From contig PRDI01000086.1 in NCBI GenBank assembly GCA_003345595.1, forward strand, positions 1 to 53,132: a stretch of DNA of 53,132 bases. Direction: 5' to 3'. Of this stretch, positions 10,616-18,961 are shown one piece after another (within the stretch, counting starts at the first letter, position 1; each line of letters opens with the position of its first letter). A program made the position numbers and the translations under genes. The notes beneath the pieces were generated by a model that saw only the letters and a program-made list of their open reading frames with translations, was not told where the DNA came from and ran no database searches. This DNA is from Candidatus Thorarchaeota archaeon (lineage in GTDB: Archaea > Asgardarchaeota > Thorarchaeia > Thorarchaeales > Thorarchaeaceae).

Positions 10616-11740
10616 TCACCTGAGATGTTCAATCAGTCTGTCAATCTCTTCGTGAGTGTTGTAGAAGTGTGGTGAAACTCGAAGCCTGCCGTTGCGCACA
10701 GAACAGTGGATCTTCTCATTCGACAGCCTAGTGTATATGCTATCGACATTAGGTGGAGCACAGGAAACAATCGCAGAGTTGCCCTTGCTACCGAAGTCAT
10801 AGCAACCGACACCGATCTCAGACAGTCTCTTCCTCAGGTATGTTGCATTGTCGAGTGCGGCCTTCTCTCGGATTCCTGCAGGTATCTTGAGGAGGAGCCT
10901 TAGAGATTCGATGAAGCCCGCGTATGCCATGAAAGAAGCAGAACCGACTTCGAATTTCCTTGCGTCAGCCTGAGGCACCCTCTCAAAATAGCTGAAGTCC
11001 TCGACATCCTTCACTCCCCACCAGCCCAGAAACCTCGGCCTGATTTCATCGATTATCTCCTTTCTAGCATATATGAATCCTGCACTCACAGGGCCAAGCA
11101 GCCACTTGGCGGCTTGGGCGGCAGCGAAGTCCACCGTTTCTTTCACTAGCTCTGTTTCGATACAGCCTGCAGCCTGAATGATGTCCGCGAAGAGATAACC
11201 ACCGACACTATGTACCACTTGAGCCAGTTCTCTGAGCTGGGTCCTGAACCCTGATGCGAACTGGACCTGGCTCACTGCGACTACTCTCGTGTTTTCGTCA
11301 ATCTTCTCCCTGAACCGATCGATTGGTGCCGCGCCGTCTTGAGACTTAACGACTCGCAGCTGTGCACCATAGATTCGGGCGACGTTCTGCCAAGGAACGA
11401 AATTGGCAGGGAACTCTAGGTCACAAATGACGATGTTTGAGCCTCTGGGATACTCAACCCCATGGGCAAAGATGTTGATACCTTCTGATGTGCTGGGAAC
11501 AAGACCGTATTGACTAGAGTCGCCTCCGAGCAGCTTCGCCAGCAGCCCGCGTACAGCGTTCAATGTCTCCAAGTTCTCCTCGAAGCTATCTTCGGCCCGG
11601 GCCATTCTGTCGAGGTATCTTTTCATGGCCTCAATTGCAGTGACTGGAGGAATGCCAGTCGACGCGTTATTGAGGTATGTCATCCCAGACAGTGTGGGAA
11701 AGTAGTTGCCAATGAAGCCCGCATCCAAGAGTTCTGGCAT
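10616..11740 (-). CDS. Class V PLP-dependent aminotransferase-family enzyme
   Basis: YLNNASTG, ADIIQAAG, PLP lysine in AAKWLLGP, RVSPHFYN. No obvious desulfurase Cys loop. Confidence 0.88.
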   Translation of the reverse strand: MPELLDAGFIGNYFPTLSGMTYLNNASTGIPPVTAIEAMKRYLDRMARAEDSFEENLETLNAVRGLLAKLLGGDSSQYGLVPSTSEGINIFAHGVEYPRGSNIVICDLEFPANFVPWQNVARIYGAQLRVVKSQDGAAPIDRFREKIDENTRVVAVSQVQFASGFRTQLRELAQVVHSVGGYLFADIIQAAGCIETELVKETVDFAAAQAAKWLLGPVSAGFIYARKEIIDEIRPRFLGWWGVKDVEDFSYFERVPQADARKFEVGSASFMAYAGFIESLRLLLKIPAGIREKAALDNATYLRKRLSEIGVGCYDFGSKGNSAIVSCAPPNVDSIYTRLSNEKIHCSVRNGRLRVSPHFYNTHEEIDRLIEHLR

Positions 11741-11825
11741 TATGTCCGACTGGCTTGCCAGTCTCTGATAAAGCTCACTGAAGGCTCAATCCCCCCAAAG
11801 TTTAAGACTGGCCTCAGTCCGGATT

Positions 11826-12695
11826 ATGTCGGAGAGCGGCTTGTCCATATTCAGGAGGCTGACCGCGCGCCGCAAGAAGCCCAAGACCAAAGAGTCCCGG
11901 CCTATTGACAGCGCGGAAGCGACACCAGCGGCTGCCGGTAAAGAACCCCGAGCTACCGCGCCACCTAGTCCTCCTGTGGTCAGACCGTATGCCGGTACCG
12001 CATCTGCAGTGCCTGTGGGCACCTTCGTCGCATCCAGAGAGGATTTCATGATTGACGCGGCAGAAACCCAGACCTTGGCCCGAGCGGCGAAGATTATGCC
12101 GCAGACCACGGCTGAGGTCGTACCTGGCAAGCTCCTGAAGAGAGACGATAAGGACCGGATCCACATCAAGATAGTGTTCTATGGACCGTCGCTGTCGGGG
12201 AAGACCACAGCGCTTCGTTGGTTGTTTGCGAACGTGCGATCGCTGGCGAAGGGGAAAATCGTCGAGGTGTCAGATGATCTGGGGCGGACTACTTTCTTTG
12301 ACTTTGTGCCCGTTTCTGCAAGTGAAAAGATTGTGTTTGATGTATTCACTGTTGCAGGCCAGAGGCGACATGCAAGCAACAGGATAGCAGTGCTGAGGGA
12401 CGCGGACGGTATCATCTTCATGCCGGACAGCACACCAGAACAGATGAATGAGAATCTGGCATCAATCCAGGAGCTGCGCATCGCTCTTGGTACAGACCGA
12501 ACCGCAACTCTGCCCATCGTAGTGGCCCTGAACAAGAGGGACGTACCGAATGCACTACCCGTCGACTACATGGTCAGCATGCTTGGTCTTGAGGGATATC
12601 CCGTCTTTGGCACGGTCGCGACCGCAGGTACAAACCTGCTGAGAATGTTTCAGAGAATCCTAAGGGACGCACTAATCTTTAAGGTCGGTATCTAG
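11826..12695 (+). CDS. MglA-family small GTPase with a ~110-aa N-terminal extension
   Basis: KIVFYGPSLSGKTT, RTTFFDFVP, FTVAGQ and NKRD match the MglA pattern. TATA-like TTTAAG about 25 nt upstream suggests a leaderless transcript. Confidence 0.88.
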   Translation: MSESGLSIFRRLTARRKKPKTKESRPIDSAEATPAAAGKEPRATAPPSPPVVRPYAGTASAVPVGTFVASREDFMIDAAETQTLARAAKIMPQTTAEVVPGKLLKRDDKDRIHIKIVFYGPSLSGKTTALRWLFANVRSLAKGKIVEVSDDLGRTTFFDFVPVSASEKIVFDVFTVAGQRRHASNRIAVLRDADGIIFMPDSTPEQMNENLASIQELRIALGTDRTATLPIVVALNKRDVPNALPVDYMVSMLGLEGYPVFGTVATAGTNLLRMFQRILRDALIFKVGI

Positions 12696-12767
12696 ACGTC
12701 ATGTGCCGAGAGAACTGCCGCCTCTGGCACGTTGCTGAAACACTGTCTTGAGATGCGTGACAATGGA

Positions 12768-13505
12768 TTAGCCCACCTTCTTGAGGGGCAACTCTCCTCT
12801 CTCGAGTTGGGCAATCAGCTCTAATAGCTCTTCCGCCGCGCGCTCCATTATGCGCTTGCCTTTCTCTGGTGTCGCCCTTGTAGGATCTCCGTGAACTGCA
12901 GAAGGAAAAAGTTCCTCTCTGTATCTGGCAGAAACGATCGTGTATTTCATTCTCACATCCGAAACCGCATACGATGACTTATCCACCAGTTCTGGTCTGA
13001 TATGCATCATCTCAGATGTCTCGTCCTCTGCTGCATGACCCTCGGGGGTTTCCAATATACTCTGTTTGACATCCTTGGCTAAGTCAGTCCACCAGTTGAC
13101 AATGATCACGCTACGCTCACTACCCATTGTTGCTTTTCTTGCTGCAAGCTGGAGTAGGGACGAGTTGCCACCATGACCATTCAGAGCGACTATGAACCTG
13201 AAACCGTGGTGAAAGACCGAGCCCATTATGTCACCATAGAAGGCAAGAAGCGTTGCAGGATCCACAGTCACTGTGCCCTCGTGCTGCTCGAATGTCCAGC
13301 TCTCACCAAAGGGAATGATTGGAAGGACAAGAGCTTTTGTCTTGGCCGCCACGTTCTCAGCAAGGTAGGCTGGAAGCAAGTTGTCAGAGCCAAGAGGAAG
13401 ATGGTCACCATGTGCCTCAAGAGCGCCTGTCATCAGGACTGCCACTTCTGTTTCATGGCATGCCTTCACGAACTGTTTATGGGTGAGTTCCTGCCAATAT
13501 GGCAT
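12768..13505 (-). CDS. Creatininase/creatinine amidohydrolase family protein
   Basis: EAHGDHLPLGSD, NGHGGN, HAAEDETS, GDPTRATPEKG. Start taken at MPYWQEL. Confidence 0.9.
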   Translation of the reverse strand: MPYWQELTHKQFVKACHETEVAVLMTGALEAHGDHLPLGSDNLLPAYLAENVAAKTKALVLPIIPFGESWTFEQHEGTVTVDPATLLAFYGDIMGSVFHHGFRFIVALNGHGGNSSLLQLAARKATMGSERSVIIVNWWTDLAKDVKQSILETPEGHAAEDETSEMMHIRPELVDKSSYAVSDVRMKYTIVSARYREELFPSAVHGDPTRATPEKGKRIMERAAEELLELIAQLERGELPLKKVG

Positions 13506-13695
13506 TTGTCGGTCAGCCTCGTTTTCGCTCGAAGTCCTAATTAAGTATCTGGCGCGAGAAGCAAAGGTCAACTGCCCGACTTATGGCGCTAGAAACCTCT
13601 TTGTTGTTCCAAGCATTACCGAAACCCTAATTAGAAGTCCCAGACGAGCGGCTCGATTGACCCCTCGAGTAGGGCAATGTCCAGATTCGGGTCAT

Positions 13696-13801
13696 AGCCC
13701 CGTGGTGTAGTGGTCCAGCATGAGGGACTCTGGATCCTCCGACTCAGGTTCGAAGCATTGTCGGCCTTCCCGACATTGAGAGTATCCTGACGGGGCTACC
13801 A
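13696..13801 (+). tRNA. tRNA-Gln(CUG) with a 30-nt intron in the T-loop (13755-13784) and encoded CCA
   Basis: Acceptor stem AGCCCCG/CGGGGCT plus ACCA; D arm GTGT-AGTGGTCCA-GCAT; anticodon loop CT-CTG-GA; T arm TCAGG-TTCGAA^T-CCTGA once the insert is removed. Confidence 0.92.
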
Positions 13802-14311
13802 TCTACTCTTCGTCGATATACTCTGCAATACGAAGGAACTCTCGTCACTCTCAGGGACCGCCTTATTGTTCTTCATCCCAAGATTGGCGTCTTTGCCTTA
13901 GAATGCGAGCATTGTAGGGGATATCACGATAAAAAGACTCATCACATTGTTTTTGCTGAATTCCGCGCGTTTTATCTACAGCCTATCCAAAAACTATATG
14001 TTTATAGGCAGACGAGCGGATTCAGCCTTGGAGAGGCAAGACCCGCAGACTCTTACTCGTTTGATCGAGCGTCCTGTTGCGAAATTCTGCGTCCCTCCCG
14101 GCGAAGAACAACAGGTTGCGGGTCTCCTCCACCTCTTTGTGTTTTGGCGGCTGAGTTGAAACGACTACAGAGGTGAATATCTCCAGATGGGCCAAGTCGA
14201 TTCCGGTAGATCGTATTGTGGCAGTCCTATGAATCTCAAGGGCTGATTCAGTTATCAAGAGATGACAAGCTTCATATCACTCCCGCCAGATGAGAGTTGC
14301 CGGAAGTGCGA

Positions 14312-15094
14312 ATGGTGGAACAAGTCGAGCGCGGCTGGGATGATTTCTGGGCCGAGGTCTTCCGCGTGAGGCACCGCCGTTCATTACAGGGCATCGAGCA
14401 ATATGACAAGATGGTCGTAGAGTTCTGCATTGAAGTCCTACATCTGAGTACTGGGTCGCAGCTTCTTGACATTGCATGCGGTGCAGGTGATCAGAGTATA
14501 GAGTTTGCAAAGCACGGCATAAAGGTCACGGGGTTCGACCTGGCAAAGAGCCTCATCAGAATCGCTCAGGAGCGAGCGAAGGTTGAAGGTGTGAAGGTCA
14601 ACTTCTACCAAGGAGACATGAGAAACATGAGCTTCAAGCAGAAGTTCAATGCATCCGTGCTTCTCAGTCATAGTTTCGGCTTCTTCAACCATGAGGAGAA
14701 CAAGCACGTGCTTAGACAGGTATACGAGGCGCTTGCTGATGGAGGATTTCTCCTGCTTGATCTCATGAACCCTTACAACATCCCCGTGTTTCAGAAGACT
14801 TGGACCAAGCTTGAAGGTGGGTATCTTCTTAGTGAACCCCATGTGTTTGATGCTCCTGCTGGCATCTTGAGGGGTCGGCCTGCAACGTTCATTGACTTGG
14901 ACTCGGGAGTGGTTGTGCTCGCGAATGAGGACGCCCTATCAAACAAGGACATTCGGATGTACACAGCACCTGAGATTCAATCACTGCTTGAGGGTGTCGG
15001 GTTCATCAAGGTTGACCTCTATGGCGAGAACAGTCTCCCCCGGACGCCTTACACTGCGAAGTCAGACAGGATGGTTGTCGTGGCGTCACGATGA
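14312..15094 (+). CDS. Class I SAM-dependent methyltransferase
   Basis: LLDIACGAG motif I, GFDLA, GDMR, SFGFF, LADGGFLLLD. Start may be 14297 or 14312. Confidence 0.9.
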   Translation: MVEQVERGWDDFWAEVFRVRHRRSLQGIEQYDKMVVEFCIEVLHLSTGSQLLDIACGAGDQSIEFAKHGIKVTGFDLAKSLIRIAQERAKVEGVKVNFYQGDMRNMSFKQKFNASVLLSHSFGFFNHEENKHVLRQVYEALADGGFLLLDLMNPYNIPVFQKTWTKLEGGYLLSEPHVFDAPAGILRGRPATFIDLDSGVVVLANEDALSNKDIRMYTAPEIQSLLEGVGFIKVDLYGENSLPRTPYTAKSDRMVVVASR

Positions 15095-15232
15095 CACTGA
15101 CAAGTCGATATCCTTTTATGACCAACGGAACGATTTCGCCAAAGCCACCGATAGTGTTATCGGGGACCCGACCTAATTCTCTCCATTCGCATGAGTGGGT
15201 TCGGGGCGGGCTGTTTCCAGAGCGTGAATTGA

Positions 15233-17446
15233 ATGGTCAAGATCAAAGACCCAGAAGCAGTTAGGGCGCTAATAAAATCGAATGACTACGCGCACAAGAG
15301 AATCATATCTATCAGCGCTCACATCGACCATGGTAAGACGACAACTTCGGACTTTCTACTTCGTTCTGCAGGACTCATGAGCGATGCAGCAGCAGGCCAA
15401 GTGCTGATGATGTCGAGTGATTGGGAGGAACAGAAACGTGGCATCACAATCTTCACATCTGTGGTGCTGCTTAACTGTGAGGTAGATGGGGAAGAGTACC
15501 TCATCCAACTCTCTGACACACCTGGTCACCTCTCCTTCACCGGTGAGGTTTCAAGGGCACTCCGTGCCAGTGACGGGGTGGTGATTCTTGTCGATGCCCT
15601 AGAGGGCGTTCGCACTCAGACTGAGACCAACATTCGCCTGTCAGTGGGTGGCGAAGCATGCAGGCCCGTACTATTCGTGAACAAGGTCGACCGTCTGATC
15701 AACGAGCTCAAGCTGCCGCCAAAGAAGGTCTACGAGCGCATCGACATAATCGTTGCCAAGGTCAACGAGCTCATCATGAAGACGGCTCCTGCTCAGTTCG
15801 GCAAGGACTGGAGAGTCAGCTTCGAACAGGGTAGTGTCGCCATCGGGAGCGCTAAGACTGGCTGGGCATTCACTATGAGGACCCTCGAGAAAAAGGGAAT
15901 CAAGCCCATTGTCGTTTTTGAGAAGTATGCTCAGGGGGATGAAAAGTGGCTTCGTCAGAACCTGCCACTTGATGACGCCCTACTCGAGATGATTGTTAAG
16001 CATTTACCGAGCCCGAAGGAAGCTCAACTGTACAAGATACCGAGAATCTGGAAGGGAGATCTTGACAGTCCTCAAGGCAAGGCCCTCATGAACTGTGACC
16101 CCAACGGTCCAGTGGTGGGAATGATCACTAAGATCTATGTTGACCCCAAGAGCAAGAGACCCACGCTCATCGGGCGTGTGTTCTCTGGAACACTCAGGGC
16201 AGGTGAGGAGATTCGGCTAGTGAACCGGCATGAAAGTGTGAGGGTCAAGCGACTGGGCGTCCAAGAGATCACAGAAATGCTGGACATGGATGAGATTCCC
16301 GCTGGAAACCTGTTCTCAGTCTTCGGTTTCATGTGCCCTGCTGGAGAGTCGTTTGTCGAGGCTGGCACTGACATACAGCCGTTCGAAGCGATTGAGTACG
16401 CGAGCGAGCCTGTTGTGAGCCGCACCATCAAGCCAGTCGACCCCCAGGACATCGGCAAGCTCGGAGAAGTCGTGAGCAAGTGGATTATGGCCGATCCGAC
16501 AGCTAGGTTCCATCTTGACAAGGAGTCGAATGAATACCGGCTGGACGGCATAGATCCTCTACAGATTGAGATTCTCACAGGACGGATCAACGAGCAGGTT
16601 CCAATCAAGATATCCGACCCTGTCATAGTGTACCGGGAGAAGATGACTCAGCGCGGTGATCAATTTCATACGAAGTCTCCCAATGGTCACAACCGTCTAA
16701 GGATGTACCTCGAGCCTCTGGACGAGAAGACCCTTGATCTCATCCGTAAGAAGAAGGTCACCGCGGATCAGGACTCAAGGGAACGAGCAGCACTACTGCG
16801 CGAAGGAGCAGGCTGGGACCCGAAGGAAGCCCGGAAGATACTCGACATATATGAGTCATGCATGCTGGTCGACGCCATGGCCGGCGTGCAGAGGTTCGAC
16901 AGGATTCTGCCCTACGTGCAGACGGTGTTCAGAGAGTTCTGTGACTCCGGCCCTATCGCTCATGAGCCTGTCATGGGTGTGAAAGCCATACTGACTGATG
17001 CCACAATCCACACAGACCCGGCACACACAGGCTACAGCGAAGTTGCTACCATGACATCTGCCGGTCTCAACATGAGCTTTCTGACAGGAAATCCTGCATT
17101 ATACGAACCTGTGCTTGAGGTCGACATCAAAACGCCCACAGACACGCAGGGCGCTGTCATCAAAGTGCTCACAGGTCACCGAGGGCAGATTGTGACCATG
17201 GAAGCAGAGGAAGACACAGTCACCGTGAAGGGAGCGCTTCCCACTGCCGAAACGATAGGTATCGCCGATGAGTTCCGCAGTGCGACCTCTGGACGCAGCT
17301 TCTTCGGGTATGAGTTCAGGGGGTTCGATCCTCTACCAACAAGCCTTCAACAGACGAGGATTCTTGAGATCCGAAAGCGCAAGAACATGCCCCAGGAGAT
17401 GCCAAGCCTTTCTTCATGGGCCAGATGGGTCTACAAGAGAACCTAG
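15233..17446 (+). CDS. Elongation factor EF-2 family GTPase, probably the divergent aEF-2 paralogue (aEF-2p)
   Basis: AHIDHGKTT, RGITI, DTPGH, NKVD, SPNGHNR and FRSATSGR. The diphthamide loop reads HTDPAHTG, and the gene is not in a ribosomal operon. Confidence 0.85.
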   Translation: MVKIKDPEAVRALIKSNDYAHKRIISISAHIDHGKTTTSDFLLRSAGLMSDAAAGQVLMMSSDWEEQKRGITIFTSVVLLNCEVDGEEYLIQLSDTPGHLSFTGEVSRALRASDGVVILVDALEGVRTQTETNIRLSVGGEACRPVLFVNKVDRLINELKLPPKKVYERIDIIVAKVNELIMKTAPAQFGKDWRVSFEQGSVAIGSAKTGWAFTMRTLEKKGIKPIVVFEKYAQGDEKWLRQNLPLDDALLEMIVKHLPSPKEAQLYKIPRIWKGDLDSPQGKALMNCDPNGPVVGMITKIYVDPKSKRPTLIGRVFSGTLRAGEEIRLVNRHESVRVKRLGVQEITEMLDMDEIPAGNLFSVFGFMCPAGESFVEAGTDIQPFEAIEYASEPVVSRTIKPVDPQDIGKLGEVVSKWIMADPTARFHLDKESNEYRLDGIDPLQIEILTGRINEQVPIKISDPVIVYREKMTQRGDQFHTKSPNGHNRLRMYLEPLDEKTLDLIRKKKVTADQDSRERAALLREGAGWDPKEARKILDIYESCMLVDAMAGVQRFDRILPYVQTVFREFCDSGPIAHEPVMGVKAILTDATIHTDPAHTGYSEVATMTSAGLNMSFLTGNPALYEPVLEVDIKTPTDTQGAVIKVLTGHRGQIVTMEAEEDTVTVKGALPTAETIGIADEFRSATSGRSFFGYEFRGFDPLPTSLQQTRILEIRKRKNMPQEMPSLSSWARWVYKRT

Positions 17447-17459
17447 AGATACAGTCCGG

Positions 17460-17500
17460 GTGACACTCGCACGAGCGTCACTCAGGGCTCTTCCTTTTTC
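17460..17500 (+). terminator. Putative terminator after the EF-2 homologue
   Basis: Hairpin GTGACACTCG-CA-CGAGCGTCAC followed by CTTCCTTTTTC. Confidence 0.45.
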
Positions 17501-17596
17501 GAGGTTTGTGCCCATCATGTAGGCATTCCAGCTTTGCCTCAGGAAACGCTGGCATACATTTTTCACCAGCGCACTCCAAGTGAATCTCGAATCACG

Positions 17597-18961
17597 ATGA
17601 CAATAGACGTGCGTCAAGAGCTACAGAAGCTGATTTCTTTTGATACTGTGAGCGATGCCAAGGCTGGCAAACATCCCTCCCAAGAATGCCCGCGCCACAT
17701 TAACGCAAAACTTGAGCAGTTCGGTTTCATTACTGACTTGCTTGAGTCAGATGGTATATGGACTTCATTTGCCCGCCGGGGACAAGGGAGGTTCAAGGTA
17801 CTCTTTCTAGCACACTATGACGTGGTACCTATTGGAGAGGGATGGAAGAGCGATCCATTCAAGCTGGTCGAAGAAGGTGACAAAGCGACCGGCAGAGGGT
17901 CATGTGATGACAAAGGTAACATCGTCTCACTCATATCGCTCGCAGAGAAACTCAGTACGATCGATCCTCCTTTCACCGTCATGCTTGCAGTGACGGGCGA
18001 TGAGGAGATAGGCGGTGAGAAAGGTGCAGGACATCTGAAGCAGTTCTTGATGAAGCAAGGTCTGTTCCCTAACTATGTGGTTGTCGCAGATGGTATCAAC
18101 CAGATGGTGATTCACAGGCGACGTAATGTTCTACCCACCAACATAAAGGTGAAACGAGCTGCCTCCAAAGTGAAAGGACGGCGCGAAACGGTCCGATTCG
18201 TAACAGAAACCCTTGGTACGGAAACGCGTCATTCTGCATACTTCAGACCCGGGGTCGATCGTCATGCAATGCTCGCGGCCTCGAAGTACCTCAGCATGCA
18301 TCAGCATGCCCTAGTGTCAGGGCTTCGAGGAGGATTCGTGAAGTCAAATGTGATTCCCCAGTGGGTCGAGCTTGACGTTGTGCATACCGATGAACCCGGC
18401 GAGGAGGTCGAATGCGATCGCTCGCTGACTTCCCTCCTGAGGTCCTTGCTCACGCTAGCACATGCCTCGTTCCCTACCAAGCATTCGGACCTGGGTACAT
18501 TTGTATCGCCGAACCTATTGTCACTTGATAGCAACCTCTGGACGCTCTACTGTGATGTGAGAGCTATGACAGATGACCGCGATGCAGTACGGAGTGCGTT
18601 CGAAACCGCTCTCCGAGATAAGGTCGAGCTCTACTCCCTCCAAGTTGAGCCGGGTAGTGGCTATGTCGACTCCAAGGTAGATTCAAGGCTGATTCGTTCG
18701 GCTATCTGGGCACTTCGAAAGGAGGGAATCGACTACTTGGTAGGTGAGGGCTACGGTGCATCAGACTCACGATACTTCACTGATCCTGCAGTCCAAGTGT
18801 TCGATTTCGGCCCACGTGGTGACAATGTGCACGGACCCAACGAGTGGGTTTCACTCACTTCGATTGAACAGAACGCCGCTTTCTTCCGGACTCTGCTGGA
18901 CGTGCTTTCTTCCGAGGGGCCGCCTTCGGGGTCTCCGTCTCGGGGCTCATCCCGACCTTGA
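17597..18961 (+). CDS. M20 family metallopeptidase (ArgE/DapE-like)
   Basis: LAHYDVVP, GRGSCDDKG, GDEEIGG, GASDSRYF, HGPNE. Confidence 0.9.
   Translation: MTIDVRQELQKLISFDTVSDAKAGKHPSQECPRHINAKLEQFGFITDLLESDGIWTSFARRGQGRFKVLFLAHYDVVPIGEGWKSDPFKLVEEGDKATGRGSCDDKGNIVSLISLAEKLSTIDPPFTVMLAVTGDEEIGGEKGAGHLKQFLMKQGLFPNYVVVADGINQMVIHRRRNVLPTNIKVKRAASKVKGRRETVRFVTETLGTETRHSAYFRPGVDRHAMLAASKYLSMHQHALVSGLRGGFVKSNVIPQWVELDVVHTDEPGEEVECDRSLTSLLRSLLTLAHASFPTKHSDLGTFVSPNLLSLDSNLWTLYCDVRAMTDDRDAVRSAFETALRDKVELYSLQVEPGSGYVDSKVDSRLIRSAIWALRKEGIDYLVGEGYGASDSRYFTDPAVQVFDFGPRGDNVHGPNEWVSLTSIEQNAAFFRTLLDVLSSEGPPSGSPSRGSSRP

Noticed and set aside
10616-11740. Cysteine desulfurase (SufS/IscS) call
   Set aside because: The catalytic Cys loop (RxGxHCA or SSGSAC) is not evident, so it is kept as a generic class V enzyme.
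13802-14300. Integrated element at the tRNA 3' end
   Set aside because: No integrase and no duplicated tRNA 3' end (att site) were seen in the window.
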